Positions 24,601-32,640 of a DNA stretch of 32,640 nt are shown piece by piece. Numbering within the stretch: the stretch's first letter is position 1; each line of letters starts with the position of its first letter. Source of the DNA: Stellaceae bacterium (lineage in GTDB: Bacteria > Pseudomonadota > Alphaproteobacteria > ATCC43930 > CGMCC-115725); NCBI GenBank assembly GCA_035277405.1, contig DATEKP010000081.1, positions 1 through 32,640 on the forward strand. Reading direction: 5' to 3'. The notes under the pieces are model-generated. The model saw only the letters and a list, made by a program, of their open reading frames with translations, made no database searches and had not been told where the DNA came from. The translations under genes were made by a program, and so were the position numbers.

Positions 24601-27600
24601 CCAAACCCGCCATAGATGTCGTTGGTGCTGTTGGCGCCATCGATCCAGTTGTGCCCCATATCGCCGAACAGCGCCTTGAAGCCGACCGTGTAGGTCTTGT
24701 TATCGCCGTTGAGCAGACCTTCGTTCTGGTTGAAGTTCAGGAAGAAACCGTTCAGTCCAAGCTGCGCGCCGTTCTGCCCGATCGTCGCGTAACCAGGCGT
24801 TACATGCGGCGCAAATTCGTTGTAGTCCGAGAACAGGAAGGACGTGGTGGCGCCGCCGCCGTTGAACTGCAGGATGCCGTTCGTGATCTGGCTGCCGGTC
24901 GGCACCATCACAGGCAATCCGGTGGCCGGATTGATGGCGGGCTGCCAGCCGTCGTAGCTGACCGGCGCGCTCGGGTCCTTGATCGGGTTGTTCCAGAATT
25001 TCGGCAGCGCCTGCGCGCCGGAGATCGCGTCGTCGCCGAACCCGCCGTGAATGAACGTGTTGCCGAGGCCGCCGTAGATAATGTTGTCGTCCCGCTTCGT
25101 CTGCAACGACAGGTCGACGAACGACGAGTCAATGCCGTGGTTCTGAATCTGGATGGCCCAGTCGCTGGCGCCGAGCGGGTCGGGGTTGGCCGGCGTCAGG
25201 TCGGCGACATAGGTCAAGGCGCCCGGCAGGTTGATCGTCGATTGTTCGGCCTTTCCCGGCGTGCTGATGAACTGGTCGATCTGGCTCGCTGCCAGCGGCG
25301 CGATGCCGTAAAGCGGCTCGCCCAGGCTCACCATCGAGTTCGGGCTTTTGGGGTCGCTGCTGAGGCTGTTGCGGGCGAGCCCTAGCCGGCCGTCGCCGCC
25401 GAGAATGCCGGTGCTGCCCGTGTAGTACACGGTGTTGCCATTGATCACAGACGACGGCGCCGCGGTGCCGTTGATGACGATGTTGCCGCCGTAAGAGGCG
25501 ACAAGGCCATTCCCGGCCGCAATCCAGTCGCTGCCGGAACCGCCGATGATCTGGTCGTTGCCGGAACCGCCGAACAGCGTGTCGTTGTTCGGGCCGCCAT
25601 AGATCTGCGTGTCGCCGGATTCGGCGTGCACCTCGGCCGTCCCGCCGATGATCTGGATATGGTTGAAATTGAACGGCTGTCCGCCATAGACGTAATCGAG
25701 CAGCTGGACGGCGCGCGGGATCACGAACTGCGTGCCGCCATAGTAGTTCGTCGTCTGCGACAGCGTGGGAGCGAACGGGTCGTAGATATAGCTGTTCACC
25801 GTGCCCAGCGCTCCGGGGTGGTAGTAATATTCGGCGCCGTAGGTCGGGCTCGTCGTGCCGCCGGTCATGTCGGCGAAGCCGGTATCGTAGTTGTAGGTCA
25901 GGAACCCGCCCAGGTCGCCGATCTGGTCGTTGCCGACCAGGTCGTAGATGTCGCCGTTATTGGCGACGATGACCGACGCGTTGCGCGCATGCGCGTTGCC
26001 GGCGTTGGTGCCGGTCGGCAGTTCGTCGTAATTGCGCGCTATCTCGGTGCCGGCGCCGGCGAAGATGATGACGTTGCCGCTGTCCGGCCGCTGTGACGCC
26101 AAGTGCAGGGTGAACAGGTCGGAGTTGCCACCGATGATGTCGTTCTGCCCGATGCCGCCGAAGATCACGGTGCTCGCGCTTGACGTGGCGCCCGGCAGGT
26201 TGCCGCCGCCCTCGATGTAGTTGTTGCCGTCGGTCGTCGCCTCGAACGACGGGTTGACGTGCAAGGCGCCGAGCGCCATCTCGTACTGGATCGCGCCGGT
26301 CGCCGCATCGACCCCGACCTGCAGCAGGACCGGCGCGTCGCGCTTGGCGTAGACTTGACTGTTGACGGCGTAGCCGGTGGCCGCGGCGCCGGTGATCGTG
26401 AAGGGGCCGCCGGCATTGCCGCTCACCGTGACGCCGCTGATGCCGGCCGCCGTAATCGCCGCATTCAGCGCTGCCGCCGTAGGAGTGGCAGCGGCGCTGA
26501 TGCCGTCGATCGTCACACCGTTCAGCGTCAGGCTGTAGCTCGTCGTGAACTGGTTGAGCGTCAGCGTCAATCCGCCGCTCTGGTTCGGCGCGAGCGTCAC
26601 CGGGTGCAGCGCACCGAGGATCGAGCCGGCGCCCTGGATCGCGTTGGTGCCCGGCCCGCCGAAGATCATGTTGTCGCCCGGACCGCCGGCAATGTAGTTG
26701 TTGCCGTAATCGCTCGCCCAGTTGTTGGTCGCGGTGGCATTGCCGGTGTTGACCGACTCGTCGAGCGCGGCGATGTGCAGATAGTCCCACATCGGCAGAT
26801 AGCCCGACTGGGTGCGGAACACGCCGCCGGCGCTGCCCTGCAAGACATTCACTTGGTCCGTCGTTGCGGTGTCGGTGTAGATCGTCGCGGCGGTCAGCGT
26901 CTGGAAGCGCGGATCGTTGGCCGTCCCGCGCGTCAGCGTGACGTTGTTGCCGAAGATCAGATCGTCGCCCTTGCCGCCGCTGATCCAGTCGTTGCCGGCG
27001 CCGCCGATCAGGATGTCGTCGCCGCCGCCCGTCGGGGTCGGTCCGCTCGTCGCTTCGCTCGGCGCATAACCCTGGATGATGTTGTCGACCGGCGCGCTGC
27101 TGATTGTGGTTCCGTTGTACGTCGTGCGCCCCGGCCCCTTGATGTCGATGGCGCTGACCCCGGCATTGTTGGGGTCGTTGAAATCGGTGGTGATCGCGGT
27201 CGCGTGCACGTAGCCGAAACCGGTGCCATCCATCGTCACCTGGCCGTTGTCGCCGACGATCAGATCGCTGATCGTCTCGCCGTTATCGACGCCGCCGGGG
27301 CCTGCCCAGATATTGTCGTCGCCGCTGCCGCCGATGATGATGTTGCGCAGCGCGCCGCCATAGATCGTGTCGTTGCCATAATCGCTGAAGTCACTCGACT
27401 GGATTGTCAGCAGGCCGGTTGCGAGGTCGGTCAGCGCGCTGCCGGCGCCGCCGTAGAGCACCTGCCCGTTCTGCCCGATGATGATGTTGTTGCCGGTATT
27501 GCTGGCGTAACTGCCCTGGCTGCCGGTAATCGTGTTGTTGCCGGTGCCGCCGATGATCACGTCATTCCCGTTGAGGCCGCCGACGATGACATTGTTGCCG

Positions 27601-30600
27601 CCGTAGATCGCGGCGGGATCGGTCGAGGTGATCGTCTTGACAAGCGTTGTCGTACCCGACAGGAAATCGACTTCGCCATTGTCGCCGACGATCACGTCGT
27701 TGCCGTTGACGCTACCCTTGATGTAATCGCTGCCGGTACCGCCGATGATGATGTCGTTGCCGTGCGTCCGGCTGCCACTGATCGTGTCGACAAAGCCGCT
27801 GCTGGCAGTCGTGCCGCTGTGGGTCGGATCGGCCGAGGCGATCGTCGCCAAGTTCGCCAGCGGCTGCGCCAGGGTGCCGCCCAGATCGCTGTACGTCACC
27901 GTGCCGTCCTGGCCGATGATGACGTTGCTGCCGGTCGCCCCCGTGATCGCGTTGGCGCCGATGCCGCCGATGATGATGTCGTCGCCGACGCCGCCGGTGA
28001 TAATGTCGCTGCCGCCGTTCGCCGGTGCGCTCGACGAAATCGACTGGATCGTGCCGACCGCGGCACCGCTCGTATTATACACCACCGACCCGTTGTCGCC
28101 GACGATCACGTCGTTGCCGCTGGCGCTGCCGGTGATCCAATCGTTGCCGGTGCCGCCGATGATGACGTCCCAGCCCGACGAACTGCTGCCGGTGATTGCA
28201 TCGACGAACCCGGTGCCGTGGGCATTGACGGCAGTATTGGCACCGGCTGTTCCCGCATCGCCGAAATCGGCCGATGCAACCGTCGCGAGATTGGCGTAGA
28301 GCTGCGCCAGGGTCCCGCCCGCGGCATCGTACGTCACCGCGCCGTCCTGGCCGATGATGATGTTGTCGGCGCTGCCGCCGATGATGTCGTTGGCGCCGGT
28401 GCCGCCGATGATGATGTCGTTGCCCTTGCTGCCGGTGATCGTATTGTTGCCGCGATTGGCGGGATCGATCGACTCGATCGATTGGATCGTGCCGGCGGCG
28501 GTGGCGCCGGCGGCGTAATAATCGATCTCGCCGTCGTTGCCGATGATGATGTCGCTGCCGGTGCCGCCGGTGATCGTCGCGTCGCCGGTGCCGCCGATCA
28601 GGATGTCGTTGCCGGCGCCGCCCTGGATCGTGTTGCTGCCGCCGACCGTCGGGTTTGCCGACATGATCAGCGTGATCATGTCGGCGGCCGTGCCGAGCGT
28701 CGCGAACGGGTCGAGCGTGCCGGCCGCCGCCTCCCCGGCGATCTGGATCGTGCCGTAATCGCCGAACACGACGCTGTTGCCGCCGGTGACCGTGATCGTG
28801 TCGCCGCCGGCGCTCTTGCCGCTGTTGTCGATGGTCAAGAGCCGGCTCGACAAATCGATCGTGTTGGAAGCGACCGTCTGCGGATTGCCGGGCGAGGTCG
28901 GCACGACGGCTCCGACCGTGAAGCTGCCGGCGCCGAAGATGTAGCTGAGCGTGCCCGGCGCGTGGATCGTGTCGTTGCCGAGCCCGCCGGCGATCCAGCT
29001 CGTCGCCATGCCGCCGGTGATCGTGTTGCCGGCGGGACCGCCGACGATGACGACCGTATTGGTCGCACCCGACGCGTCGATCGTGTCTTGTCCGACCGTC
29101 GTGAACTTATAGCCGTTGCCGGTGATCGCCCCGGGCGCGGAGTTGTATTCGACGCTGGCCGCCGACTCGTTGCCGTACAGCACCAACGGGTCGCTGCTCG
29201 CCGTCACGGTGATCGTGTTGGCGCCGCCGCCGCCCTCGACCACGGTCAGCGTCGAGTCGCCCGGGATCACCGCATCCGTATCGGTGTTGAGCGTCGCCGC
29301 CGTCGTGTCGATCGTGAAATTGTCGCCGCCCTTGCCGAGCAGCAACTGCATCGCATCGAGGTTGACGTAGCTGATGCCGCCCTCGAACGAGATGTTCGAC
29401 AGGTTGCCGCGGGTGAAGGTCAGCGTCTGATTGCTGCTTGGCAGGTCGAGGCCGCTGATGTTGTCGCCCTCGCCGGCAAAGAAATCGCCGGACGCGATCG
29501 TCGTCAGAGAGCCGGTCTGGCCGGCCGTCGCGCCGTCGTCGTAGACCTTGAGCGAGTCGATGCCCGCGGCCGCCTCGACCACGGTCGGCTCGGTGACCGG
29601 CGGGTTGTTGGTCTCGTAGGGCAGCGCGACCGACGCGACGAGCGCCGGCTGGCCCGGCTGCGTGCCGCCATCGACGATCAGCGGCCCGCCGATCTGCGCC
29701 AGCGTGTGCGGCTGGTTCGGGAAATACATCTGCGGCTGCGTTCCCGCAGTGGCGCTGCTCGGGGTGAATTTCGTGTTGTCGTTCAGCGTGACGGTGACCG
29801 GGATGTTCCAGTTGGTGCTGTCGAACGTGATGGACTTGACGATCGAGTTTTTCCAGGCATCGGTGCCCGTAGTGACCGTCTGCACCGTGCCGGCGCCGAC
29901 GTTGGTAAACACCTGCCCGTCGCTGAGCAGGTTGACCGTCACCGTGTCGCCCGAGGCGGGAGCCTGGGTCAACACCATCTGATAGGTGTAGGTCTGGGTC
30001 GGCGACACGAAGGCGGCGCCCTGCGGCTGCAGCAGCAAAACGCCCGGCGTGTCGGTGGCCGCGACCGTCACGTTCACGTCGCCGGCGTCGTCCGTGGCGC
30101 TGAAGACCGGCGTCGTCGATCCCGACGTGGTGATATTGTGCTGAATGTCGTCGAGCATCGCGTCGTGCGAGCCGCTTAGGGTCGAGGATACGGTGATCTG
30201 CTGCTCGACATCCCAATTCGACGAGTTGAATTGCACGATCGGATTGCCCGAGCCGTCCGTCGCCAGAGGGTTGCCGTCCTTGTCCACGAACACGAGGTCG
30301 GGCGGCAGCTTGGCGCCGCCCGGTCCGGTCAGGGCGACGGTCACGGTCTCGTTCAACGCCGGCTGCTTGTTCAGTGTCAGCGTATAGGTATAGCTCGTCT
30401 GCTCGTTGCTGTTCGGGCCGGCGGCGATCGTCTGCGATTGCAGCCCCTGGTCGATGATCAGCCCGGTCGCGCTGCTCTCGACCGTCACCTTGATGGTCGG
30501 CAGCACCAGCGCTTCGAGCGCCGCGGCGTCATCGTTGCTGATCGCGGCCTGCTGGGGCACGAGGATTTCGGACGCGACGACGATGGTTTCGGGCCGCGTG

Positions 30601-32640
30601 TAGGTGTCGTTCGCCGGGACGGGGGCCGCGCGCACCCTGACCATCTGCGACGTCGATCCGCCACCGACAAATTCGAGCGTCGCATTTGCCGACCACTCGG
30701 ACCAGGTCGTTCCGTCATACACCGAGACCTGCAGAGCCGCGGCTCCCTGCGCGGCGAATTCCGCCGAGGGCAGCGCCGGCGACACCACGACGTAGACGAT
30801 GGCGCCAGTGGGCAGCACGCTACCGTCGGCCAGTTTCGGTGCGTTGACCGTGAACTGCGCAGTCGAGCTGGGATCGTTGACGTGCACGATCGCTTCGGAG
30901 GGCGGATCGATGATCGCGCCGCCGCCGCCGCCGCCGACCGTCAGCTTGATGCCGGGGACGAAGATGCCGTCATAGTTCAGGTCGGTGCTGGTGACCGAGT
31001 GGTCGAAGACGCTGGAGGCGCCGAGCGTGCTCGACGAGACGACGGCGTTCGTCACGTCGCCGCCGACGATGACCGTGTCGCCGCCCGGCCCGCCGTTGAT
31101 CGTCGTGACGACACCGGATGGCGTGCTCAGCACGTAGAACGTGTCGTTGCCCTCGAGGCCATCGATCGTGATCGCCTGGATGTTGCTGTAGCTGACGTTG
31201 AGGCCGCCGCCGAAAATCCCGTCCTTGGTGACGACGAAGGTGTCGTTCGCCTCGGTGCCGAGCAGGATCAGCTGGTTGAAGCCGGTGCCGCCCTCGATGT
31301 CGATCGGCGCATCGACCGCGTATTCGATCGTGTCGTTGCCGCTGCCGCCCTTGACGTTGAGGTGCGTCCCGGCGGCGACCAGGAAGGCGCGCACGATGAA
31401 GGTGTCGTCGCCGCTGCCGCCGATCATCGCCAGATCGGCCTTGTTGGAATAGACCTCGAACGTGTCGGTGCCGCCGCCGCCGTACAGCACGGTCGCCTTG
31501 TCGACGCCGTCGGACAGATAGCCGACCGTGGTCAAGGTCGTCGTCAGCCCGTCGCCGAAGGTGTGCTGCCCGTCGGCGAAATTCGCGGTGTAGCCGCCGC
31601 CGGCGCCGACATCGCCCGCCGCATTGCCGATCGCCGCAGCCGCCCCGCTGATGTGCGAGGTCGCCGTCTCCGCGGTGCCCCGCAGCTGCGCCGAGATGTC
31701 CGTGCCGGTCGTCGGGCTGACTGCCGTCAGGAACGAGACCGACGATGAGCTGCCCCTGGTCGGGCTGGTGATGACGAAGCGGCCGTTGGTGCTGTCCCAC
31801 GCGACGGTGGTGTCGGCGACCGCATTCTGCAGCGCGGTCTCGATGATCGCCGCGACATCGTTGAGGCTGGCGGCGGTCGAAAAGTTGAGGCCGGTGATGT
31901 TTTGTTCTGCGCCGTCGATCGCGACGTGGAACGAGCCATCGGTGATGCCGGTCCAGTTCGATAGCGCCTGCTGCGGGGCGGACAGCGTGCCGCCGACCAG
32001 CTGCCCCGCAGTGCCCGCGAAATATTGCTGGCCGACCTGGAAGAAATCGTCGCCGTGCGGGCTGGCGTTGATCGTCGTCAGCGCCGCGTTGCCGTCGAGG
32101 TAGAACGAGTCGCCGTCGGCCCCGCCCGACCCGTTACCACCGGTCGTCGCGGTGCCGGTCACCGCGCCGCCATTGACCTCGAGGCGGTTGGTGATCGTCA
32201 GGTCGTAATTGATGCGCTGGTAGGCCTGATTGCCGTCCGAGTTGACGATCGCGACAAAGCCGTCGCGCAGCAGAAAGGTCTGCCCATGCGCGGTTTGCGC
32301 GCCGTTGACGACGAGCGTGTTGAGCCCGCTGTCGAGCGCGCCGCTGTCGTGCACGTTGATGACGTAGTTGGTGTCGGCCGTCGCATCGATCTGGTAGGTG
32401 TCGGCGCCGTCCTGCCCGTCGAGGTTTACGACTTCGGATGATGGGCGCGACTTTGAGAGAATGCGGCGATGAATTGGGAACGACCGCAGAAACGGCGCGG
32501 AGGTCGTCGGGACCGCCGCCATGTTCGGCATGTCGAAAACGTGGATCAGATCGTCGCCACCGCTGGTCCGGACATCGGTGAGGATCGTGTTTGCGGTGGT
32601 GAAGCCGGTGCTGTCGAGCGCCGCCGGGTGGAACTCGATG
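21684..32640 (-). CDS. Giant secreted-type repeat protein (>3650 aa): RTX nonapeptide blocks, beta-helix-like repeats, Ig-like modules, two LamG-like domains and a C-terminal HExxH module; the 5' end lies beyond the right edge
   Basis: The frame stays open from 32639 to the track start 32531 (IEFHPAALDSTGFTTANTILTDVRTSGGDDLIHVFD-MPNM...), so the gene is 5'-truncated by the window. Canonical GGxGxDxUx runs occur, e.g. GGAGNDILIGGTGDATITGGTGSDIIIGNDGEIDY (about 28518..28623). LamG-like blocks lie at about 23590..24110 and 23025..23520. HELAH is at 22608..22622. Confidence 0.9.
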   Translation of the reverse strand, partial: IEFHPAALDSTGFTTANTILTDVRTSGGDDLIHVFDMPNMAAVPTTSAPFLRSFPIHRRILSKSRPSSEVVNLDGQDGADTYQIDATADTNYVINVHDSGALDSGLNTLVVNGAQTAHGQTFLLRDGFVAIVNSDGNQAYQRINYDLTITNRLEVNGGAVTGTATTGGNGSGGADGDSFYLDGNAALTTINASPHGDDFFQVGQQYFAGTAGQLVGGTLSAPQQALSNWTGITDGSFHVAIDGAEQNITGLNFSTAASLNDVAAIIETALQNAVADTTVAWDSTNGRFVITSPTRGSSSSVSFLTAVSPTTGTDISAQLRGTAETATSHISGAAAAIGNAAGDVGAGGGYTANFADGQHTFGDGLTTTLTTVGYLSDGVDKATVLYGGGGTDTFEVYSNKADLAMIGGSGDDTFIVRAFLVAAGTHLNVKGGSGNDTIEYAVDAPIDIEGGTGFNQLILLGTEANDTFVVTKDGIFGGGLNVSYSNIQAITIDGLEGNDTFYVLSTPSGVVTTINGGPGGDTVIVGGDVTNAVVSSSTLGASSVFDHSVTSTDLNYDGIFVPGIKLTVGGGGGGAIIDPPSEAIVHVNDPSSTAQFTVNAPKLADGSVLPTGAIVYVVVSPALPSAEFAAQGAAALQVSVYDGTTWSEWSANATLEFVGGGSTSQMVRVRAAPVPANDTYTRPETIVVASEILVPQQAAISNDDAAALEALVLPTIKVTVESSATGLIIDQGLQSQTIAAGPNSNEQTSYTYTLTLNKQPALNETVTVALTGPGGAKLPPDLVFVDKDGNPLATDGSGNPIVQFNSSNWDVEQQITVSSTLSGSHDAMLDDIQHNITTSGSTTPVFSATDDAGDVNVTVAATDTPGVLLLQPQGAAFVSPTQTYTYQMVLTQAPASGDTVTVNLLSDGQVFTNVGAGTVQTVTTGTDAWKNSIVKSITFDSTNWNIPVTVTLNDNTKFTPSSATAGTQPQMYFPNQPHTLAQIGGPLIVDGGTQPGQPALVASVALPYETNNPPVTEPTVVEAAAGIDSLKVYDDGATAGQTGSLTTIASGDFFAGEGDNISGLDLPSSNQTLTFTRGNLSNISFEGGISYVNLDAMQLLLGKGGDNFTIDTTAATLNTDTDAVIPGDSTLTVVEGGGGANTITVTASSDPLVLYGNESAASVEYNSAPGAITGNGYKFTTVGQDTIDASGATNTVVIVGGPAGNTITGGMATSWIAGGLGNDTIHAPGTLSYIFGAGSFTVGAVVPTSPGNPQTVASNTIDLSSRLLTIDNSGKSAGGDTITVTGGNSVVFGDYGTIQIAGEAAAGTLDPFATLGTAADMITLIMSANPTVGGSNTIQGGAGNDILIGGTGDATITGGTGSDIIIGNDGEIDYYAAGATAAGTIQSIESIDPANRGNNTITGSKGNDIIIGGTGANDIIGGSADNIIIGQDGAVTYDAAGGTLAQLYANLATVASADFGDAGTAGANTAVNAHGTGFVDAITGSSSSGWDVIIGGTGNDWITGSASGNDVIVGDNGSVVYNTSGAAVGTIQSISSSAPANGGSDIITGGVGDDIIIGGIGANAITGATGSNVIIGQDGTVTYSDLGGTLAQPLANLATIASADPTHSGTTASSGFVDTISGSRTHGNDIIIGGTGSDYIKGSVNGNDVIVGDNGEVDFLSGTTTLVKTITSTDPAAIYGGNNVIVGGLNGNDVIIGGTGNNTITGSQGSYASNTGNNIIIGQNGQVLYGGAGSALTDLATGLLTIQSSDFSDYGNDTIYGGALRNIIIGGSGDDNIWAGPGGVDNGETISDLIVGDNGQVTMDGTGFGYVHATAITTDFNDPNNAGVSAIDIKGPGRTTYNGTTISSAPVDNIIQGYAPSEATSGPTPTGGGDDILIGGAGNDWISGGKGDDLIFGNNVTLTRGTANDPRFQTLTAATIYTDTATTDQVNVLQGSAGGVFRTQSGYLPMWDYLHIAALDESVNTGNATATNNWASDYGNNYIAGGPGDNMIFGGPGTNAIQGAGSILGALHPVTLAPNQSGGLTLTLNQFTTSYSLTLNGVTIDGISAAATPTAAALNAAITAAGISGVTVSGNAGGPFTITGAAATGYAVNSQVYAKRDAPVLLQVGVDAATGAIQYEMALGALHVNPSFEATTDGNNYIEGGGNLPGATSSASTVIFGGIGQNDIIGGNSDLFTLHLASQRPDSGNVIIFAGAGTEIARNYDELPTGTNAGNAHARNASVIVANNGDIYDLVGNDQIGDLGGFLTYNYDTGFADMTGGTTSPTYGAEYYYHPGALGTVNSYIYDPFAPTLSQTTNYYGGTQFVIPRAVQLLDYVYGGQPFNFNHIQIIGGTAEVHAESGDTQIYGGPNNDTLFGGSGNDQIIGGSGSDWIAAGNGLVASYGGNIVINGTAAPSSVINGNTVYYTGSTGILGGDGRLGLARNSLSSDPKSPNSMVSLGEPLYGIAPLAASQIDQFISTPGKAEQSTINLPGALTYVADLTPANPDPLGASDWAIQIQNHGIDSSFVDLSLQTKRDDNIIYGGLGNTFIHGGFGDDAISGAQALPKFWNNPIKDPSAPVSYDGWQPAINPATGLPVMVPTGSQITNGILQFNGGGATTSFLFSDYNEFAPHVTPGYATIGQNGAQLGLNGFFLNFNQNEGLLNGDNKTYTVGFKALFGDMGHNWIDGANSTNDIYGGFGDDLLNGQRNLTGGSQPGLNDVTDNNAYMHSVIFAGAGRNTLIAGGANDRLIAWRGEFNQYVIPFAPYGLPTVSRDVNPALFAYLYQLSAADGADNVSNDISIADPARNGEPYGELGLVTQVDPFWQMQGGAPNQAVAQGHIPGGSRTVIASASFTNNTLGAVEPVSGTWTVKNGLLNATPPALFTNSFAVFDPNNTLPNYFELTASVATGKPTAGYKSNAYIIFDYQSPSNFKFAGIDESINKVEIGHYDPTQAVPWVIDAQAPAQIVAGTRYNLFLSLNNNYAYLIVNNNASMAVSFLFPWNVVNGVNIGVNYGIVGLGANNSLSSFSNLVIQQPVPPTSFTYTETYTGGTAQYYAPPSSGSWTMAPGSDTGTASTAKGAPSGGAAIQLIDIGPAFGLPAGTLSLQPNATLDLKATLQTTGEAGLVYAYDNPGYYKFAVLLRGTNQVALGHYTSKSGFVFDAKASFTIASGTSYAIEINANGNFVVLKVNGLQLLSYTYNSVLTGGQFGLAVLTGKATFTQSTVFTDDSNLKTETIQHMYAASAPTAAAVGVTSLTMSEVDAELGAAIDRLTAVYSLDAATIAELRAVTIDIAALPDDGLGITVGDTITLSPNAAGWGWFIDPNPTTDDAFLLTASDGLVALPGSAAAGAMDLLTVEMHELAHVLGFADTTSGLMSEYLSTGTRLAPPVQTVLAPLASEDTPATLQPVPAMSTPAPALQDESAPLLLPVATAPVADRPADRSSVQPPPQSVFPLLDELSVPGAASITLPPPALAGLPPRQADTIGQTAPDADAPFGPFGTGTMQRLLAAAGEAQFLTPDTADQAVRLVLPGDIGAAPITADGGTEILFGDKAEASQAARQFAFASPDDVIRAVRDSEISFAVARHQPAPGSGGQRQTWVFDEAAGTFVAPQPEPLTIVVADARAAADANPSQPGQSAYASADEAMVVPSSSWLTALRDFGRVAARAWFET
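22608..22622 (-). other. HExxH zinc-binding motif (MDLLTVEMHELAHVLGFADT) in the C-terminal module of the giant protein
   Basis: CAC GAG CTC GCG CAC was read directly on the minus strand. It is preceded by NAAGWGWFIDPNPTTDD, a context I recall from the C-termini of other giant bacterial repeat proteins. Confidence 0.6.
27300..28700 (-). repeat. In-frame tandem repeat inside the giant gene, 438-bp (146-aa) period, about 3 copies plus degenerate flanks
   Basis: The anchor string GTACGTCACCG(C/T)GCCGTCCTGGCCGATGATGA occurs at 28329 and 27891. A diverged equivalent, GTAGAGCACCTGCCCGTTCTGCCCGATGATGA, occurs at 27453, so the spacing is exactly 438 nt both times. Protein units: ...IIIGQDGAVTYDAAGGTLAQLYANLATVASADF... 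/ ...IIGQDGTVTYSDLGGTLAQPLANLATIASADP... / ...IIIGQNGQVLYGGAGSALTDLATGLLTIQSSDF... Confidence 0.7.

Noticed and set aside
27300-28700. The regularly spaced repeats considered as a CRISPR array or other non-coding repeat array.
   Set aside because: The period is 438 nt, the copies have diverged, and they are in frame within a continuous ORF encoding RTX-like protein repeats. There is no short direct-repeat/spacer structure.
26259-30179. Very long antisense or off-frame ORFs from the track that could be mistaken for genes. Examples: 26259..30179 + (1306 aa), 17116..19449 + (777 aa), 19379..21403 + (674 aa), 14964..16730 + (588 aa), 2398..3987 - and 2643..4157 +, 1766..2965 -, 6214..7572 -, 22390..23832 -, 23802..25385 +, 30231..31748 +.
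   Set aside because: All overlap strongly motif-supported genes on the other strand or frame. Their translations are Arg/Ala/Gly/Pro/Asp-rich low-complexity strings with no recognisable motif. Stop-free alternative frames of this kind are expected in very GC-rich DNA.
32531-32531. The track start codon of the giant ORF (MPNMAAV...) taken as the true N-terminus.
   Set aside because: The same frame is stop-free up to the window edge and still encodes repeat-like sequence (…TSGGDDLIHVFD). The gene therefore continues beyond position 32640.
7100-32640. Calling the 25-kb minus-strand array a mobile genomic island.
   Set aside because: The window shows no integrase, transposase, flanking tRNA or direct repeats, and the right boundary is outside it. 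Accessory character is plausible, but mobility is unsupported.

Overview
This is a high-GC window. Its composition and short GC-rich palindromic intergenic hairpins suggest an alphaproteobacterium, possibly Hyphomicrobiales, but that is inference only. The window splits into two parts. Positions 1-7100 hold ordinary genes in mixed orientation: a D-aminoacylase-family amidohydrolase (partial), an enoyl-CoA hydratase, a lytic transglycosylase, an MFS/TLC-like transporter, a Tat-signal NAD(P)-binding oxidoreductase and a molybdopterin oxidoreductase. Positions 7158-32640 form one uninterrupted minus-strand array of 13 genes, mostly with overlapping or nearly abutting stop and start codons. In transcription order the array has three blocks. 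(i) A giant RTX / LamG-like / zincin-motif protein of more than 3650 aa, whose 5' end lies beyond the right edge. (ii) A five-gene module: a DUF3467-like small protein, a GAF-GAF-HlyD adaptor, a PqqD-like + site-2-protease (M50) + HlyD-like fusion protein, a truncated SecA-like ATPase, and a third HlyD adaptor. (iii) A tailoring block: O-methyltransferase, flavin-dependent tryptophan halogenase, two unrecognised and possibly paralogous proteins, a radical SAM enzyme, a putative Fe(II)/2OG oxygenase and a second methyltransferase. The window contains no ABC transporter, TolC-like outer-membrane factor, NRPS/PKS, obvious precursor peptide, integrase, tRNA, rRNA or CRISPR array. The best candidate for an undescribed system is block (ii), a secretion/processing machine built on SecA-like, S2P and triple-MFP components, possibly working with block (iii) and/or the giant protein. 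All functional calls rest on motifs read by eye from the translations. No database search was possible.
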